Part shown: positions 60,043 to 64,000 of the stretch, in pieces
How positions within the stretch are numbered: the first letter of the stretch is position 1
Layout of the letters: each line of letters starts with the position of its first letter
Origin: Leptolyngbyaceae cyanobacterium clean351
GTDB taxonomy: Bacteria; Cyanobacteriota; Cyanobacteriia; DAIDHW01
Reading direction: 5' to 3'
Length of the DNA: 64,000 nucleotides
Assembly (NCBI GenBank): GCA_027451865.1
Contig: DAIDHW010000005.1
Coordinates: forward strand, 1-64,000
Made by a program: the position numbers and the translations under genes
Notes under the pieces: generated by a model
The model's database searches: none
What the model was told of the DNA's origin: nothing
Seen by the model: the letters and a program-made list of their open reading frames with translations, nothing else

Positions 60043-60845
60043 CCAAGCGAATTCTCCCTTGCCTGGATGTCAAGGCGGGTCGGGTTGTCAAGGGGGTTAA
60101 CTTTGTCAACCTGCGCGATGCCGGAGACCCAGTGGAATTGGCCCGGGCCTACGACCAAGCCGGGGCTGACGAGCTGGTGTTTTTAGACATCACTGCCACC
60201 CACGAAGACCGCGACATCATCTTCGATGTGGTGCACCGTACCGCCGCCCAAGTGTTCATCCCCCTGACCGTAGGGGGGGGGGTACAAAACCTCGAAACTA
60301 TCCGCCACCTGTTGCGGGCGGGGGCCGACAAGGTCAGCATCAACTCAGCAGCGGTCCGTGACCCCGGGTTCATCAACCAGGCCAGCGGACGATTTGGCAA
60401 TCAGTGCATCGTGATCGCCATCGACGCTCGGCGGCGGCCAGGAACAGGGGATCCTGGTTGGGATGTGTACGTTCAGGGGGGTAGACGCAACACCGGCCTA
60501 GATGCCATCACCTGGGCTCAAGAGTGCGCCGAGCGGGGAGCCGGGGAAATACTCCTCACTAGCATGGATGCGGATGGTACCCAGGGGGGCTACGACCTGG
60601 AGTTGACTAGGACTATTGCCGAGAGGGTGGGAATACCCGTGATTGCCTCAGGGGGAGCAGGCACCTGTGAACACATCGGGGCTGCCCTCACCGTAGGTAA
60701 AGCATCAGCAGCTCTCCTCGCCTCCGTCCTCCACTACGGTCAGTTGACCATCGATGAGATCAAGGACTACCTAGAGGTCCATCAAGTACCGGTACGCCGG
60801 ACCGCAGGGGTGGCCGCCTCAATAAATTCAATGTTCATGCGGTAG
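60036..60845 (+). CDS. hisF: Imidazole glycerol phosphate synthase cyclase subunit
   Basis: [20 protein letters not shown]-terminus, [11 protein letters not shown]-terminal VIASGGAG. The last ~14 codons may be a non-conserved extension. Confidence 0.9.
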   Translation: MLAKRILPCLDVKAGRVVKGVNFVNLRDAGDPVELARAYDQAGADELVFLDITATHEDRDIIFDVVHRTAAQVFIPLTVGGGVQNLETIRHLLRAGADKVSINSAAVRDPGFINQASGRFGNQCIVIAIDARRRPGTGDPGWDVYVQGGRRNTGLDAITWAQECAERGAGEILLTSMDADGTQGGYDLELTRTIAERVGIPVIASGGAGTCEHIGAALTVGKASAALLASVLHYGQLTIDEIKDYLEVHQVPVRRTAGVAASINSMFMR

Positions 60846-61489
60846 CCGGCATTACGGACCGTTTGAATGAGGTGGGGGCGCCGGGGCTCCAACTCCACCT
60901 TCTTGCGCAGGGAGAGAATGTGAGTGTCAACGGTACGGGGGTTATCAATGGTGTCAGGCCAGGCCCGGTGCAGTAATTCTAGCCGACTGAGGGTACGGCC
61001 CCCCGCTTGTACAAGGACGTAGAGGAGACTAAACTCCTGGGGCGTAAGGTCAATCAGGGTTCTTTTCCAGTTAACCCGGCGCTGCACCAGGTCAATACAC
61101 AGGTCCCCTAGCTGGAGCCGACTCGGGGGCATTGTCAGGCGCTGCCGGCGGGTCAGAGCATCTACCCGAGCCAGAAACTCCTGCATCCCCAAGGGCTTGG
61201 TCAAGTAGTCGTCAGCCCCGGCTCGCAGACCCTGCACGATATCCGCCTCAGTACTGCGATTAGACAACATTAAAACTAGAGGGGACGAGTAGCTCTGCAG
61301 CCAGGTGCAAAACTCTAGGCCCCCAGCAGTCTCGGTATCCAAGACCACCAGCGCTGGCTGACGCACCAAGAACATTTCCCGCCCCTGGGCCAGGTCGGCA
61401 GACTGGAAAATCCGGTAACCTGCCTGCTGCAGATGCCAACCTAGGAGAGAACGCAGGTGAGGATTACTCTCAACAATTTGAATTTCCAA
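60782..61489 (-). CDS. OmpR-family two-component response regulator (receiver plus winged-helix), orphan; TTG start
   Basis: Receiver with phospho-acceptor region LVVLDTE and YLTKP. C-terminal GYRM wing. GGAGG 6 nt upstream of the TTG start. Confidence 0.75.
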   Translation of the reverse strand: MEIQIVESNPHLRSLLGWHLQQAGYRIFQSADLAQGREMFLVRQPALVVLDTETAGGLEFCTWLQSYSSPLVLMLSNRSTEADIVQGLRAGADDYLTKPLGMQEFLARVDALTRRQRLTMPPSRLQLGDLCIDLVQRRVNWKRTLIDLTPQEFSLLYVLVQAGGRTLSRLELLHRAWPDTIDNPRTVDTHILSLRKKVELEPRRPHLIQTVRNAGYRMNIEFIEAATPAVRRTGT

Positions 61490-61635
61490 GTTAAGCCTCC
61501 GCTGCCTCAGGAAATCTGGATGGGGTGGGTGAGTCGGGTTTACCTTAAGTGATGCGAGTTTCCCCAGGCAACTTTGGGAGAGCGCTCACCTCGACTGAGC
61601 ATAGCAAACCGCTGGCTGGAACTTTGTAACCTGGG

Positions 61636-62859
61636 CTACTGCACTTCCCTGAGGTTGTTAGGCGCAATCAAGCGAGGAAAATTAGCTACAACTGCCAGGA
61701 CCATCCAGCCGAGGAGATTAACCCGCAGGTCAAACAGAGGAATGTCCAACAGGTAAAAGGAACTGAGGGCCAAAAAGGCTAGCCAATAGCCCAAGGCTAA
61801 CCCCTGGTCTGCTCGGTCCCCTTGGAGAAGGGCTCGCCCCGCCGCCACTAGAATCCAGCCTACCCACAGGTAAAAAGCTACCGCTGTCACAATCCCGGTC
61901 TCCGCCGCCAGCATTAACCACAGGTCGTGGGGGTGACCGAGCCAGATGTGCATTTTAGCCTCGTACAGGGGTGTGAAGCTCCGCAGGCCCCAGCCTGTCC
62001 AGGGGCGCTCCTGAGCCATAGACCAGGCAAATCCCCACTGGGTAGTGCGCAGCTGAACTATAGGGCGGTGGGGGTAGAGTTTATCGGTCAAGCGCGCCCA
62101 GAAAAAGGCGGGCACCAGCAAGCGCAGCCAATCCCGCCAGGGCCGGGGAGCGAAGGCTGCCCCCAGCACCGTAGCCCCCCCAGCGCCGATCACCAGCCGC
62201 AGCCACCGCCAACCGCCGTAGACCACAAAGGCCAAGGCCACTAGAAAAGCGTTGCCCCAGGCGTTACGCGAGTCAGCCCAGACTAGGGCGGCGATGTTAC
62301 CAAGCAAGCTGGCCAGTAGTAACCAGCGCTCTCGCCCAGGGGAGGCTGACTGGAGGCTTTCCACCCCCAAGCTCAAGGTAAGAGTGAAGGTGACCAGCAC
62401 GTAACAGGCAAACACATTAGCGTAGGCAAAAAACGAACACATCCGCCCGGGCGGATTGCCCCCGCCCCCCAGAAGCTGGGCAATACCAAACCCTACTACA
62501 GGCAGGGATCCTACGACCAGGATCCAGGCTAGGCGGCGCCAGCGTTGGGGTCGGTCCAGCAGCACCCCCAGGGCAGCAAATACCGGGAAGTAGGGCAAGA
62601 AATTGAATAACCCTAACCAAGAGCGCTCCGGCGTAACACTAAAGACCGTAGAGACTACCAAGGCCAGGGCCAACCCCCCTAAACCCCAGTGAAGCGGCTG
62701 ACGGACCAGGTTCCGGTAGTGCTCTTTCCACACCAAAACCACCGCCACCAGCACCGCCAATCCCCCCAAGGCAGCACTTAGGGGTAAAACCCCCACCCCA
62801 AGCTGGAGCCAACCCCAGGGAGATGGCAGCCGCAACCGGTCACCAGGTAGCCAGTTCAA
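61636..62859 (-). CDS. O-antigen-ligase-like (Wzy_C family) polytopic membrane protein
   Basis: 407 aa, about 10-12 TM helices, rich in Trp/Leu/Gly/Ala, with a large periplasmic loop. Family assignment by overall resemblance only. Confidence 0.45.
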   Translation of the reverse strand: MNWLPGDRLRLPSPWGWLQLGVGVLPLSAALGGLAVLVAVVLVWKEHYRNLVRQPLHWGLGGLALALVVSTVFSVTPERSWLGLFNFLPYFPVFAALGVLLDRPQRWRRLAWILVVGSLPVVGFGIAQLLGGGGNPPGRMCSFFAYANVFACYVLVTFTLTLSLGVESLQSASPGRERWLLLASLLGNIAALVWADSRNAWGNAFLVALAFVVYGGWRWLRLVIGAGGATVLGAAFAPRPWRDWLRLLVPAFFWARLTDKLYPHRPIVQLRTTQWGFAWSMAQERPWTGWGLRSFTPLYEAKMHIWLGHPHDLWLMLAAETGIVTAVAFYLWVGWILVAAGRALLQGDRADQGLALGYWLAFLALSSFYLLDIPLFDLRVNLLGWMVLAVVANFPRLIAPNNLREVQ

Positions 62860-62922
62860 CGCGCTTGATCCTCAGGTAAGTCCACTTCTCTAATTCTATG
62901 CCGACTGCCCCACGGACCTAGG

Positions 62923-63711
62923 CTAGTTCATCAACCGAATCTGGGCTAGGGCAAAGACTGCTGGGATCACCCGGGCGTAGTTGGTAGCCACCGCCCGCCA
63001 CCCTAGATCCAGCAGGAACCAGCTCCACAGCATCGGTCCTAAAACCGCAAATACACCCTGGGCCAAACTGTAGCGAGCTGCGGTCAGTGCCATCCCCTCC
63101 TGAGCTGCCTGGAGCGCCAGATAATTTTCCGCCAGCAGGGAACCTTGGGCCAGAGCCGCCTGGGTTGCCTGCCGAGAAGCCCAATACAGGGCAAACTCAG
63201 CAGCAATCTGGCGCAGGACCAAGGGTCGGACCAAAACATCAGTTATTAAGGCACTGCTACCACTAACCACCATCCCTAGGGGACTTGACTGGAGAGCTAA
63301 GGGGGAGGCATTAGGGGTAGCTAAACGGCGGGTCAGGACAGCTTTATCGTCCTGGGGGAGGCGTTTCCAGGTACGGCTTAACAAGTGCAAAAACACCTCC
63401 CCCTCCAGGTCTGTAGTTGATAGACCGGCCGGATGGGCAAGCCTGAGGTGGCGACAGATCCGCTCTAGAACCTGGCGATAGGTTACCTGGTGAGCCTTAC
63501 CTTGGATAACTGTGACCCCGTCCGCGGCTAGGAAGCGGAAGCGCTCCTCTAGGGCAGTTATCCAAACCTCCCGACTACGGCCTTCCACATCAATGGGGCG
63601 GGGTAGCGCAACGTAGTCTAAGGGGTTAAATCCAGGACTAAATAGCAGACGGGTAAGCTCTTGTAACTCTTCATGAGTGGCCAACTCCAGAGCTGCACGC
63701 AACTCATCCAC
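62923..63711 (-). CDS. Conserved hypothetical protein with C-terminal hydrophobic segment
   Basis: 262 aa ORF with good coding composition. No motif recognised with confidence. Confidence 0.4.
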   Translation of the reverse strand: MDELRAALELATHEELQELTRLLFSPGFNPLDYVALPRPIDVEGRSREVWITALEERFRFLAADGVTVIQGKAHQVTYRQVLERICRHLRLAHPAGLSTTDLEGEVFLHLLSRTWKRLPQDDKAVLTRRLATPNASPLALQSSPLGMVVSGSSALITDVLVRPLVLRQIAAEFALYWASRQATQAALAQGSLLAENYLALQAAQEGMALTAARYSLAQGVFAVLGPMLWSWFLLDLGWRAVATNYARVIPAVFALAQIRLMN

Positions 63712-63783
63712 CGGCGGGGCCTCCGTGAAAAGACTGCCTCATTATACCCGAAAAATTTCTGGGGTCGGGGGACGGCGGCCAGT

Positions 63784-63984
63784 CTAAGCCTCCGCTACGA
63801 CCGGGGCCCGCAAAGCCTCCTCGAGGGGGGCTCGGCCTAGGCGCTCCTCGAGAATATTCATCACTTCCCGGCCGAAATCTTGGGGATTACGCCGCCAAGC
63901 CTGGAGACACACGGCTCCAAAGAAAGACCCCAGAGGCTCGGGGTTCCACAAAAGCTTGCGCATAGTCCAGGGGTTAATGTTCAT
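63784..63984 (-). CDS. Hypothetical protein (may extend further upstream towards the window end)
   Basis: 66-aa ORF with high GC3, adjacent to the 62923..63711 gene on the same strand. Confidence 0.3.
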   Translation of the reverse strand: MNINPWTMRKLLWNPEPLGSFFGAVCLQAWRRNPQDFGREVMNILEERLGRAPLEEALRAPVVAEA

Positions 63985-64000
63985 AGGGTCATAACCCGGC

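Noticed and set aside
61491-63797. Shared 12-mer taagcctccgct at 61492 and 63786, considered as a possible repeat or regulatory element
   Set aside because: Several hundred chance 12-mer coincidences are expected in 64 kb on both strands. One copy is an RBS region (GGAGG) and the other is coding sequence at a gene end, so there is no common context.

Overview
This 64 kb window looks like a core chromosomal segment of a high-GC cyanobacterium (roughly 60% GC, with very high third-position GC in codons). The cyanobacterial assignment rests on chlB (dark-operative protochlorophyllide reductase), a PsbP/CyanoP-like protein, a pentapeptide-repeat protein, dapL (LL-diaminopimelate aminotransferase), a Ycf37-like TPR protein, and a cyanobacterial-type 16S rRNA 5' end at the window start (minus strand). 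Most of the window is densely packed housekeeping genes. These include nadC, rpiA, aspS, hisH/hisB/hisF (dispersed), rsmD, dapL, pheS, surE, ribF, typA, an lptA-like-lptB-lptFG cluster, gltA, purD, a fused pyrF-pyrE, chlB, rpmI-rplT, pyk, htpG, mntH and queF. There is one tRNA-Leu(CAG). I found no transposase or integrase, no CRISPR array, and no recognisable restriction-modification, toxin-antitoxin or other defence genes. I cannot support a novel defence island here. The parts worth a second look fall into five groups. (1) A four-gene minus-strand envelope cluster at 6.4-13.1 kb: an internally duplicated SPFH/flotillin-like protein, a giant O-antigen-ligase/TPR membrane protein, a dihaem cytochrome c, and a Pro/Thr tandem-repeat protein. 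(2) A compositionally atypical locus at 40.68-41.23 kb with a split ORF, next to a divergent TPP-dependent enzyme of the phosphoketolase/transketolase family. (3) A GAF-GGDEF gene whose end overlaps a thioredoxin-like [2Fe-2S] ferredoxin gene. (4) Several small unannotated ORFs, each under 60 aa or with a shorter real start. (5) Repeated stop/start overlaps (TAATG, ATGA, TGATG) that suggest translational coupling. All family calls rest on motifs I recognise by eye. No database search was possible, and start codons are uncertain throughout because the ORF track extends to the most upstream GTG/TTG.
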